This document shows, piece by piece, positions 9,277-17,219 of a DNA stretch of 64,000 nucleotides (the first letter of the stretch is position 1; the number at the start of each line of letters is the position of its first letter). The translations under genes and the position numbers were made by a program. A model generated the notes under the pieces. That model saw nothing but the letters and a program-made list of their open reading frames with translations, was not told where the DNA came from and did no database searches. Location: NCBI GenBank assembly GCA_022842285.1, contig JALHPV010000002.1, positions 15,597-79,596 of the forward strand. Reading direction: 5' to 3'. This DNA is from Kofleriaceae bacterium. GTDB lineage: Bacteria; Myxococcota_A; Polyangia; Haliangiales; Haliangiaceae.

Positions 9277-10812
9277 CTACTTCGCTCCGCACCCGAAGCC
9301 TTCGGCGTCACAGACGCAGTCGGCGATCTCGTCGGGGAAGTCGAGGGTCACGGCGCGGGCATAGCCGTCGTCGGGCGTCTCCAGCACGAAGCCATCCTTC
9401 AGGACGAGCTCGGGGCGCGTGTCCGTGGCCAGGTCAGCCACGGCAAGCACGTCGAAGCGCCGCGTCGTGTCCTCGTAGAGGAGCTCGAGCTCGGGCTCGC
9501 CGGGAGGACTCGACGCGACGACCTCGCGCCACACGAGCCCGAGGAAGCCGACACCCTCCTCGCAGCTCCGCACGCCGTTGATCTCCGCGATGATGATCCG
9601 GATCTTGCCGTCGGGTGACGTGGCCTGCATGACCCACTCGGCCCAACCGCCATGGATGCTGTCGAACCACTCGCCGTACGACTCGTGGGCGCGCAGCTCC
9701 TTCAGGTAGGGCTCGGCATTTAGCTCGGTGAGCTCCTCGAGCTTCCAGAACACGGGCGTTGGTGCGGAGGCGGGTCGTGCGAACGCGAAGTCCTTGCACG
9801 GCGCGAGCTCCGACAGGTACACGCCGCCGGGCTCGAGCACGGCCCGCGCGAGCTCGACCTCGGAGTCACCGTTGGCGGTGATGCGCTCCTGCGTGGTCGA
9901 CCGCTGGCCGTAGGCCTCGACGACGCCCGCGGTGCCCTTGCACGCGGCGCCGGCGGCCGTGTACCCGACGAGCTCGGAGCCGGCGATTCCGGCCAGCGCG
10001 GCGGGGAGCTTGCCGGCCTTGATCGGGGCCTCGGCGGCGAAGTCGTCCCAGCGAATGTCGGGCTCGCTGTGGCGGCAGTCGAAGTAACGACCATTCTCCT
10101 GCTCGTAGTCGGGAGGATCGCTGTCGCACTCGGGATCGCGCTCGACGAGCTGGCCGTCGAGGAGCACGGGCGTGCCAAGGATCTCCATATCGACGTTGCC
10201 CGCCAGCACCACGTGGCCGTCGTAGCCGAGCCACAGCGTCGACAGCAGATCCGCCCCGCTCTGCGAGGGCATGATGCGCGAGGCGAGCATCTCCTCGGAG
10301 GCGATGCGCAGACCGCCCGAGGCTTCGACGACCGTGATCACCTTCGGTCCGACGTCACGAAACTTCCCGGACGACCAGGTCTGCTCGAAGGTCACCGTCG
10401 CCCGGCCGACCATGGGAACGATCACGACGTGGTCCGCCTCGACGACCATCGGGCGCGCGAACATCTTCTTCCGGTCCGCGAGCCAGCCGGCGCGATCGAG
10501 CCGGACCGTCTTCTTCCCCGTGCGACGTACGCCGGCGAACGGGTCGGCATAGAGCGCCGCGTACGCGTCGAACGCGCCCGTGTTCTGGGCCGCGATCCAC
10601 GACGCGACCAGCGCCTCCACCTGACTGTACGCGACCGGGTCCTTGGGCTTGGTCGCCGTCGGCTTGGTCGCCGTTGGCGTGGTCGCCGCATCGTGCGCTC
10701 TCGCATCCTGCGGCGTGGAGACCGGAGGCGTGGCTGCAGGTTTGTCCTTACACGCGACGAGAGCGATCAGGAGAGCGGTTAGCGCGCGGGCACCCACATC
10801 GTCGACCACCAA
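9277..10812 (-). CDS. Secreted lipoprotein with an NTF2/SnoaL-like (DUF4440-like) domain
   Basis: It has a lipobox (LTALLIALVAC) and a T/P/K-rich linker with a tandem TATKP repeat, followed by WIAAQNTGAFDAYAALYADPF...VTFEQTW, which is NTF2-like. The start is uncertain: TTG at 10812, or GTG at 10809 or 10797. Confidence 0.6.
   Translation of the reverse strand: MVVDDVGARALTALLIALVACKDKPAATPPVSTPQDARAHDAATTPTATKPTATKPKDPVAYSQVEALVASWIAAQNTGAFDAYAALYADPFAGVRRTGKKTVRLDRAGWLADRKKMFARPMVVEADHVVIVPMVGRATVTFEQTWSSGKFRDVGPKVITVVEASGGLRIASEEMLASRIMPSQSGADLLSTLWLGYDGHVVLAGNVDMEILGTPVLLDGQLVERDPECDSDPPDYEQENGRYFDCRHSEPDIRWDDFAAEAPIKAGKLPAALAGIAGSELVGYTAAGAACKGTAGVVEAYGQRSTTQERITANGDSEVELARAVLEPGGVYLSELAPCKDFAFARPASAPTPVFWKLEELTELNAEPYLKELRAHESYGEWFDSIHGGWAEWVMQATSPDGKIRIIIAEINGVRSCEEGVGFLGLVWREVVASSPPGEPELELLYEDTTRRFDVLAVADLATDTRPELVLKDGFVLETPDDGYARAVTLDFPDEIADCVCDAEGFGCGAK
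10646..10690. repeat. 3 x 15-bp imperfect tandem repeat inside the lipoprotein gene
   Basis: The units are ggcttggtcgccgtc / ggcttggtcgccgtt / ggcgtggtcgccgca. They encode the TATKP-TATKP linker on the minus strand. Confidence 0.8.
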
Positions 10813-10860
10813 GCGATGGTACCGAGGGATTCGCCCGTAAAGTAGCAGAGCCGACTCTAG

Positions 10861-13503
10861 CTAGGTTGCCGACGAGCGGCGCCGGCGGCGGCGCAGCACC
10901 CACCCAAGCACGCCGAGGCCGACGAGCGGGGAGAGACCGGCGCTGCCATCCGTGTTGCAGCAGCCGGCAGGATCCTCGGTGTCATCGGTGCCAGGGCCGT
11001 CGGTGAACGTACACACCTGCGGCTCCGGCGGGGTGGCGGTGCGGGTCGTCGGCGCGAGCACTTTCACCGTGCCGTCGTACGAAGCGACGACGAGCCAGTC
11101 ACCGACCGCCGCGAGGCCCGCGAGGACCGGCGCGCCCAGCTCCGTCTCCCAGACGAGGGCCCCGGTCGCGAGCTGGAGCGCGACGAGGCGGCCCGACGTA
11201 TCCGCGGCCCACACCAGCTCGTTGCCCGGCGCGCCGGTGATGACCGGGCCCGACTCGAACCCCGACTGATTCTTGCCGTAGTAGTGGTTCGTGCGGATCG
11301 GGCTCGGCCGGCCGGCGAAGCGCCACTTCTCGACGCCAGTCGCGGCGTCCAGGGCAACGAGGTCGCGCAGCATCGTCGGGACGACGAGCGTGCCGCTGGC
11401 GAGCGCCGGCGTACCCACACTTGCCTGGCCCCATTCGAATCCTGCCGGATCGAGCCGACGGCTCCAGCGCGCGGCGCCGGTGGAGGTGGCAATGGCGGTC
11501 ACATCGGTGGCGCCGTTGATGATGTACGTCGTGTCGCCGTCGACGATGGGCGTGGCCTCGATGCCGAGGACCTGACCATCGAGCTTGCGCCAGCGCTCCG
11601 TGCCGGTGTCGCGGTTGTAGGCGACGAGGCCACCCTGATCGCGATGGAACACTCCGATGACGGCGCCGCCGGGAACCGTGGCGCTCGGCGCGGCCACCGC
11701 GACGGCGGCGAGTGACTGGCTATAGCGACCACCGGGCACCGGGTCGACGGTCCACTGTGCAGTGCCGGTGGTGGCGTCGAGCACGGCGAGGCGGCGCTGG
11801 TTGCCGAGGATGAACGCGGAGCCATCGGACGCCGCGGACGCGAAGAAGCTCGCGGCCTCCGGATCGATGCCTTCGCCGAGCGGGGCCTGCCACAGCTCGT
11901 CGCCCGTGCGGGTATCGAAGGCGAGGACCGTGCCCTCGAGCATGCCCACGGCGACGACCGTGCCGACGACCGCCGGAGCCCCGCGCACCGGGAACGGCGT
12001 GATCGCGCGCCAGCGTTCGGCACCCGTCGCGAGGTCGAACGCGACGAGGCCGCCGGTGGTGCCATCGCCGAGATCCGTCGCGGTGACGAACACCGCGCCA
12101 TCGGCGACGACGGGCGGCGCGTGGACGACATGACCTCCAACGGCCGCCGTCCAGCGCGGCGCGAGCGGGGGAACGATGGGAGTCGCACTCGTCCCCAGGT
12201 GGGCGGGACTGCCGCCGGTCTGCGGCCACGTCGCGGTCGGCGTCGGCGTCGGCGTCGCGTCGCACACCTCGAAGCTCGACGTGCGGACCTCGCGGGTGCC
12301 ATTCGCGGTGCGGATCTCGACGTGGAGCGAGTGCCAGCCCGGATCGAGCGCGGGCAGGGTGCCGGTGAAGTCCCAGCCGCCGACGCCGGTGAGCGCGACC
12401 TGCTCGCCGCAATCGACCGCCGCCCGCACCGTCGGGACACTCGCGTCGAGCTCGGCCGCGACGACGATGCGTCCGCCGGTGCGGGCCACGCAGGTCGCCG
12501 CCGTCGGGGTCATCACCGCGATCTGGGGCTCGTCGATGGTCGTGCGGTGATACGCGGTGAGCTCGCCGTCCGACAGCGTGACGATGCGATAGCCGCCGGG
12601 CAGCTGATCGAGACCGCCCATCATGAGCGGCTGGGTCGTCAGCTCGATCATCCCACCGTGATCCACGGCGCGATTCGTGTGGGTATGCCCCGACAGCACG
12701 TAGTCGACGCCGAGCGACTTCAGCGTCGCGATGAGGGAGGGGATCGGAGGCGCGTGGGACATCGCCACGACGGGCATGGTGGCCGGTACCCGCTCGAGCT
12801 CGAGACCGAGATACGTGTGGATCTCGGCCTCGGGCATCATCATGTTCCAGACGACGAAGTGCACGCCGCCGAGGTCGAAGCTGTAGTTGTCGGGCCCGCT
12901 GCGTGCGACGTACCTGCCACCGCCGTCGTACCAGTCGTGGTTCCCGGGTACCGGCACGTACGGCACCCGCAGTTTGCTGACGCCGAGGTCGACGAGGTCG
13001 AAGTCCTCGACGGCGGTGTCCTGCGTGATGTCGCCCGTCACGACGACGAACGCCGGCAAGGGCGCCAGGCTTTGCATCATCTCGAGCTTCTGTCCGAACT
13101 CCGGACCAAACGTCTGCCGGGGCGAGACGTGCGAATCCGACGCCAGGACGAACGTGAGCGGCTCGCCCTTGATCGGTGGCTGGTCGAGCGGCTTCGCTCC
13201 GAGCTGGATCGTCAGCGTCTCGGAAGCAATCCGCTGCCACACCGGTCCTGGCGTGTGGCCCTCGGGGACGCGCAGCCACACGATGCCCTCCGCGCCCGTC
13301 ATCACCGTCAGATCGAACCCACCGTTCTCGTCCGTGGTCCCGAAAACCCCGTGGCCGTAGGCGACCACCGCCTGGGCGAGGCCGGGCTCGTCATCCTGAC
13401 GCCGGCCATCGCCGTTCCGATCGCTGAACGCGATGCCGCGGTAGGTGGTCACGCACCCCGATAGCCCCAGGAGGGCTAACGAGATCGAGACCAGCGGGCG
13501 CAT
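10861..13503 (-). CDS. Lipoprotein fusing a calcineurin-like metallophosphoesterase, a PQQ-type beta-propeller and a MYXO-CTERM-type anchor (880 aa)
   Basis: It has the lipobox LALLGLSGC. The phosphoesterase motifs are SDSH, TGDITQD, PGNHDW and SGHTHTN. There are at least seven A-x-D-x2-TG-x3-W propeller repeats. The C-terminus is GCCNTDGSAGLSPLVGLGVLGWVLRRRRRR. Confidence 0.8.
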   Translation of the reverse strand: MRPLVSISLALLGLSGCVTTYRGIAFSDRNGDGRRQDDEPGLAQAVVAYGHGVFGTTDENGGFDLTVMTGAEGIVWLRVPEGHTPGPVWQRIASETLTIQLGAKPLDQPPIKGEPLTFVLASDSHVSPRQTFGPEFGQKLEMMQSLAPLPAFVVVTGDITQDTAVEDFDLVDLGVSKLRVPYVPVPGNHDWYDGGGRYVARSGPDNYSFDLGGVHFVVWNMMMPEAEIHTYLGLELERVPATMPVVAMSHAPPIPSLIATLKSLGVDYVLSGHTHTNRAVDHGGMIELTTQPLMMGGLDQLPGGYRIVTLSDGELTAYHRTTIDEPQIAVMTPTAATCVARTGGRIVVAAELDASVPTVRAAVDCGEQVALTGVGGWDFTGTLPALDPGWHSLHVEIRTANGTREVRTSSFEVCDATPTPTPTATWPQTGGSPAHLGTSATPIVPPLAPRWTAAVGGHVVHAPPVVADGAVFVTATDLGDGTTGGLVAFDLATGAERWRAITPFPVRGAPAVVGTVVAVGMLEGTVLAFDTRTGDELWQAPLGEGIDPEAASFFASAASDGSAFILGNQRRLAVLDATTGTAQWTVDPVPGGRYSQSLAAVAVAAPSATVPGGAVIGVFHRDQGGLVAYNRDTGTERWRKLDGQVLGIEATPIVDGDTTYIINGATDVTAIATSTGAARWSRRLDPAGFEWGQASVGTPALASGTLVVPTMLRDLVALDAATGVEKWRFAGRPSPIRTNHYYGKNQSGFESGPVITGAPGNELVWAADTSGRLVALQLATGALVWETELGAPVLAGLAAVGDWLVVASYDGTVKVLAPTTRTATPPEPQVCTFTDGPGTDDTEDPAGCCNTDGSAGLSPLVGLGVLGWVLRRRRRRSSAT

Positions 13504-13578
13504 CCCGCGAGCTTACTTGAAGGACGGCCGTTTGACGGACGCTTCCTCACAGGGCCGGCCCGCCAGGCCGGGCGAGGG

Positions 13579-14859
13579 TCAGGTGCCACGCTTCGGTGTC
13601 AGATCCGCGGGCGTGAACGTTTCGGTGTAGAAGCGTGCTCCGCCGGGGCCGAGGCCGGTGACGGTCAGGGTCGTCGCCGAGATGTCGACGAGGCCGACGT
13701 TGTAGGTGCTCGCGCGGAACAGCACGTTTGGCGACTCGGCGCCGTACGGTCCCACGCCCCGCGCGAACGGGCCGATCTGGAACTCGCGGATGCCATACGC
13801 GTGGCGTTGCGCGGCGAAGTAGTGCTGGTCGGCGCTGAGGAACAAGAGACCGGACACCCCGACGACGGCATCGAAGATCAGCTGCCGCTCGGACAGGAAG
13901 CCGGTCCACGCATCCGGCGGCGCGAAGTCGAGCGGCACGCTGGTGAGGACCAGCTTCCACGTCGCGGTGGAGGCGGCGAGCCCGGCGAGGAGCCAGTCGC
14001 GCTGGGTGACCCCGAGCATGGTCTTGGTCGCATCATCGGGGGCTTCGTTCCGGCTGCGGAAGCGGCGACAATCGAGTAGCCAGCACTCGGCGTTCGCGCC
14101 GTACCGGAACGAGCGATAGCAGACATCCGTGTTCGGGGCCTCGGCGAGGGGGAAGAACTCGTTCCACGCCGTGATCGCGGCCGTGAAGCGCGCCGCTTCC
14201 GCGGCCGCCCGCGCCGTGTCCCAGTTGTTACGGAACTCGTGGTCGTCGTAGATCGCGCGTACGCCGGCGGTCGCGAGCAGCTCGCGGAACCGGGGATGCT
14301 GGCGCGCCTCGAGATGGCGCTCGCGGTACACGTCGAGCGTCATCGCGGGCGGGCCGTTGTCCGTGTAGGGGAAGTCGCCGAGGCTCACCACGAGATCGGG
14401 GGCGGCGGCGATGACGTGCTCGACGAGGTCGGAGTCGAACTCGGGACTGGGATCGAGATCCGCCAGGACGGCGAGCTTCACCGCTCGCGGATCGTCGTCG
14501 GCCGGAGTGGTGCGTACGCGGTGCACGAGCTCCACGCCATCGACGGAGACCCGAACCTCCCACGCCTCTCCGGACGGCAGGGCACCGATCGCGACGACGC
14601 CGCTACCCGACTCACCGAGCTCAACCTCCCGCGCGACCGTCTGCACGCCCTCGACGACAACCGTCGCGCGGCGGGCCGTTCGGGCCCAGACCGCCACCAC
14701 GAAGCCGCTCGCCGTCGGTTCGAGGATGGCGGTCGCGGCATCGGCTGGGTCGGCTGGGTCGGCTGGGTCGGCGGGCTCCGCGTCGGTGCCGCAGGCCTCG
14801 CCGAGCACGAGCAGCGACGCCGCCGCCCCGATCGACTGCAGCCACTCGCGTCGCTCCAT
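13579..14859 (-). CDS. PhoD-like phosphatase (alkaline phosphatase D family), exported
   Basis: The ATG at 14857-14859 gives MERREWLQSIGAAASLLVLGEAC, a Tat-like signal with a lipobox-like Cys. PhoD-like blocks follow: LGDFPYTDNG, YDDHEFRNNWD, WKLVLTSVPL and FLSADQHY. Confidence 0.75.
   Translation of the reverse strand: MERREWLQSIGAAASLLVLGEACGTDAEPADPADPADPADAATAILEPTASGFVVAVWARTARRATVVVEGVQTVAREVELGESGSGVVAIGALPSGEAWEVRVSVDGVELVHRVRTTPADDDPRAVKLAVLADLDPSPEFDSDLVEHVIAAAPDLVVSLGDFPYTDNGPPAMTLDVYRERHLEARQHPRFRELLATAGVRAIYDDHEFRNNWDTARAAAEAARFTAAITAWNEFFPLAEAPNTDVCYRSFRYGANAECWLLDCRRFRSRNEAPDDATKTMLGVTQRDWLLAGLAASTATWKLVLTSVPLDFAPPDAWTGFLSERQLIFDAVVGVSGLLFLSADQHYFAAQRHAYGIREFQIGPFARGVGPYGAESPNVLFRASTYNVGLVDISATTLTVTGLGPGGARFYTETFTPADLTPKRGT
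14741..14776. repeat. 9-bp tandem repeat (tcggctggg x3 plus one imperfect unit)
   Basis: It is directly visible in the sequence and encodes PADPADPADPAD in the post-signal linker of the PhoD-like protein. Confidence 0.85.
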
Positions 14860-14902
14860 CGAGCGATCAGGATAGCGTGAAGCGTCCGGCGTGGACCATC
14901 CC

Positions 14903-15021
14903 CCGGCGAGCGCTAGAACCAATGCTGGTCAGTTAGCAGGTTCCGAGTTCGTGGACGTGGAAGAGCACGTGGCACGTGGCACGTGCACGAACGACCTTAA
15001 CTGACCGGCGAGCGCTAGAAC
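14903..15021. repeat. Perfect 17-bp direct repeats (ccggcgagcgctagaac) flanking an 85-bp lower-GC insert with 9-bp terminal inverted repeats and three phased CACGTG palindromes
   Basis: The direct-repeat copies lie at 14903-14919 and 15005-15021. The inverted repeat is ggtcagtta (14927-14935) and taactgacc (14998-15006). CACGTG occurs at 14966, 14973 and 14980. The second direct-repeat copy contains the stop codon of the upstream sulfatase-fold gene. Confidence 0.6.
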
Positions 15022-17114
15022 GGAGACGCGGCGGCAGCCGCATTCCGAGCGGCCAGGGCCGCCTCGAGCTCGGCGGTGATGGTCGGGTACGTCCTGGCGA
15101 GGTTGTTCAGCTCGTGCGGGTCCTCGTGGATATCGTAGAGCTCGACCTTGCTCCCGATCCGCAAGAGCTTGTACCGGCCCTGGACGAACGACGTCACGTT
15201 GCCGGGGTTCGACCGATCCTTGATCATCGCGGCAAACGCGACTCCGTCATCGCGCGAGGCCCGACGCCCGGTGGCCAGGGGCGCGAACGAGACCCCGTCC
15301 ATCCGCTCGTTGCGAGGCGTGAACCCGGCGAGCTCCAGAATCGATGGCGTGACGCCGGTCAGGCTGACGGTCTCGCGCACGCGATGCGCGGCGATCCCGG
15401 GGCCGACGATCACCAGGGGGACGCGGGTCTGCGAGTTGTACAGGTCCGTCGAGTGATACGCGGAGCCGTGCTCCCCGAGCGCCTCGCCGTGATCCGCGGT
15501 CACGATCACGATCGGCGCGTCCGCGGGGGACCGATCGGCGAACGCTCCCAGCACCGTCCCGATGATGCTGTCGCTGGCGGCGAGCGCCCGGTCATAGAGC
15601 TTCGAGCGGTCGGTCGGTTCGGACGGTGGGAGCGAGACGCCCTCGAGCCAGTTGTGGGGCTCGAGGATGTGCATCCACAGGAACAGCGGGCCGCGCCGGC
15701 CGGCCGCACGACGGGCCGAGAGCCACGCGGCGGCTTGCTGCCCGAGAATTGCTCCGTCGCGCTCGATCACGAGATGGCTGAGGCCTCGCTGCAGCCCCGT
15801 CTTCGCCCGGGGGCCCCAGAAGCCTTCGCAGCACATGAAGCCCGCGGTCTCGTAGCCGCCGGCGGCCAGGCGCTCGGCGAGCACGACGTGCCGTGGATCG
15901 AGCCGCAAGGCCCATCCGACGACGCGGCCTCTCACCCGATCCGCCGACAGCCCGGTGATGATCGACGGGATCGATCGCCGCGTCACGTTGCTCGGCGAGA
16001 ACGCCCACTCGAAGACCGTGCCCCGCTTGGCGAGCTCGCCGAGCGTTGGCATCGCGGCCGTGCCGCCGTACGGAGGCGTGTGATCCGCGCGCACGGTGTC
16101 GATCGTGATGAGGACGATATCGGGATGCACCGCACCCGGTGTCGGCACGGGACGAAACTGCTCGAGCGACACGCGGGTCCGCATGGCCTCGAGATCGAAG
16201 ATGGTCTCGATCGCGAGGCCGGCCAGCGGCTGATCGCCCCAGACCTCGAGCGTCGTCACCGGTCGCATGACCGTCGTGGCGATGGCGGTGGTCGTCGTGA
16301 GCGCGACGATGCCCGCCGCCAGACCCACGAACCATCGCCGTACACGTGGCGCGAACCCGACGACGACCGCCGCCAGCAAGCCCGCGGCCGGAGCCTGCAC
16401 GGGTGAGGTATCGAGGGGCCCGAGCCGAGGCCGCACGGCGGCGAACCACGCGATCGCGAGGGCAACGCCGAGGGCCCCGAGCGTCACGAGCCCGATCCGT
16501 CGCGGCGATAGCGTCCACTTCGCATCGAGTCGCCGCATCGCACGTTCGATCGCCAGAGCGGTCGGCCGCGACAGCCCCACCAGGGCGAGCGCGAGGACCG
16601 CGACGATGACCGGATAGAGGAACAGCATGTTCGGCAGCGTGAACGCCATCTGCCGGGCGACGGTCCACGTCGCCTGGATGACGCTCGCGCCCAGCACGGC
16701 CAGGCCCAGGACGGCGGTCGCCACCCACGCCGCGAGCACCGGGGCCCCGCCTCCGGTCTCGACGAGGCGCATCCGCAACACGTCGGGCCGCCACGCCGCG
16801 ATCACGCCGCGCACCAGCAGCCCGAGCACGAGCAGGATGGGGACGATGAGGAGTGCCACGAAGCCCGTGGTCACGCCGATCGCGGTCATCCCCGACGCCC
16901 CGAGGCCGTCGACGAGACCGGCGACCGCGCCCCCCACGAGCGCCGCGCTGATGCTCGGTGCGATCCAGCGCCAACCCCGCGTCAGCACCCCCGGGGGCTT
17001 CGGGACCACGGGCGTGGATGGGGGCAGCTCGTCCGGCTCGAGGGGCGCCGCGTCAGCCGAGGCCGCGTCGTCGAGTTGGGACACCAGCGCGACAATATCC
17101 CCGACGGAACGCAT
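15015..17114 (-). CDS. Membrane-anchored sulfatase-fold (alkaline-phosphatase superfamily) enzyme, LtaS/EptA-like (699 aa)
   Basis: The ATG at 17112-17114 starts the gene. An N-terminal polytopic hydrophobic region of about 300 aa is followed by IVLITIDTVRADH, SPSNVTRRSIPSIITG, VTADHGEALGEHG and LYDIHEDPHELNNL, which are sulfatase-family blocks. The upstream 240 codons of the track ORF were rejected. Confidence 0.75.
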   Translation of the reverse strand: MRSVGDIVALVSQLDDAASADAAPLEPDELPPSTPVVPKPPGVLTRGWRWIAPSISAALVGGAVAGLVDGLGASGMTAIGVTTGFVALLIVPILLVLGLLVRGVIAAWRPDVLRMRLVETGGGAPVLAAWVATAVLGLAVLGASVIQATWTVARQMAFTLPNMLFLYPVIVAVLALALVGLSRPTALAIERAMRRLDAKWTLSPRRIGLVTLGALGVALAIAWFAAVRPRLGPLDTSPVQAPAAGLLAAVVVGFAPRVRRWFVGLAAGIVALTTTTAIATTVMRPVTTLEVWGDQPLAGLAIETIFDLEAMRTRVSLEQFRPVPTPGAVHPDIVLITIDTVRADHTPPYGGTAAMPTLGELAKRGTVFEWAFSPSNVTRRSIPSIITGLSADRVRGRVVGWALRLDPRHVVLAERLAAGGYETAGFMCCEGFWGPRAKTGLQRGLSHLVIERDGAILGQQAAAWLSARRAAGRRGPLFLWMHILEPHNWLEGVSLPPSEPTDRSKLYDRALAASDSIIGTVLGAFADRSPADAPIVIVTADHGEALGEHGSAYHSTDLYNSQTRVPLVIVGPGIAAHRVRETVSLTGVTPSILELAGFTPRNERMDGVSFAPLATGRRASRDDGVAFAAMIKDRSNPGNVTSFVQGRYKLLRIGSKVELYDIHEDPHELNNLARTYPTITAELEAALAARNAAAAASPF

Positions 17115-17219
17115 GGGCCACTCGGGCGCGCGTGGTCGCGATGCGAAGCGGCAGAAGCGTGGTGAGGGGGCCCATGGCGATTCGCGACACGGCCTCCCCT
17201 TTGGCCGTACTGTCGGGCC

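Noticed and set aside
14966-14985. TGGCAC motifs inside the CACGTG array. I considered them as sigma-54 -24 elements, given the enhancer-binding protein at the window start.
   Set aside because: No TTGC -12 element is present at the required spacing. The motifs are also on the wrong strand for the downstream PhoD-like gene.
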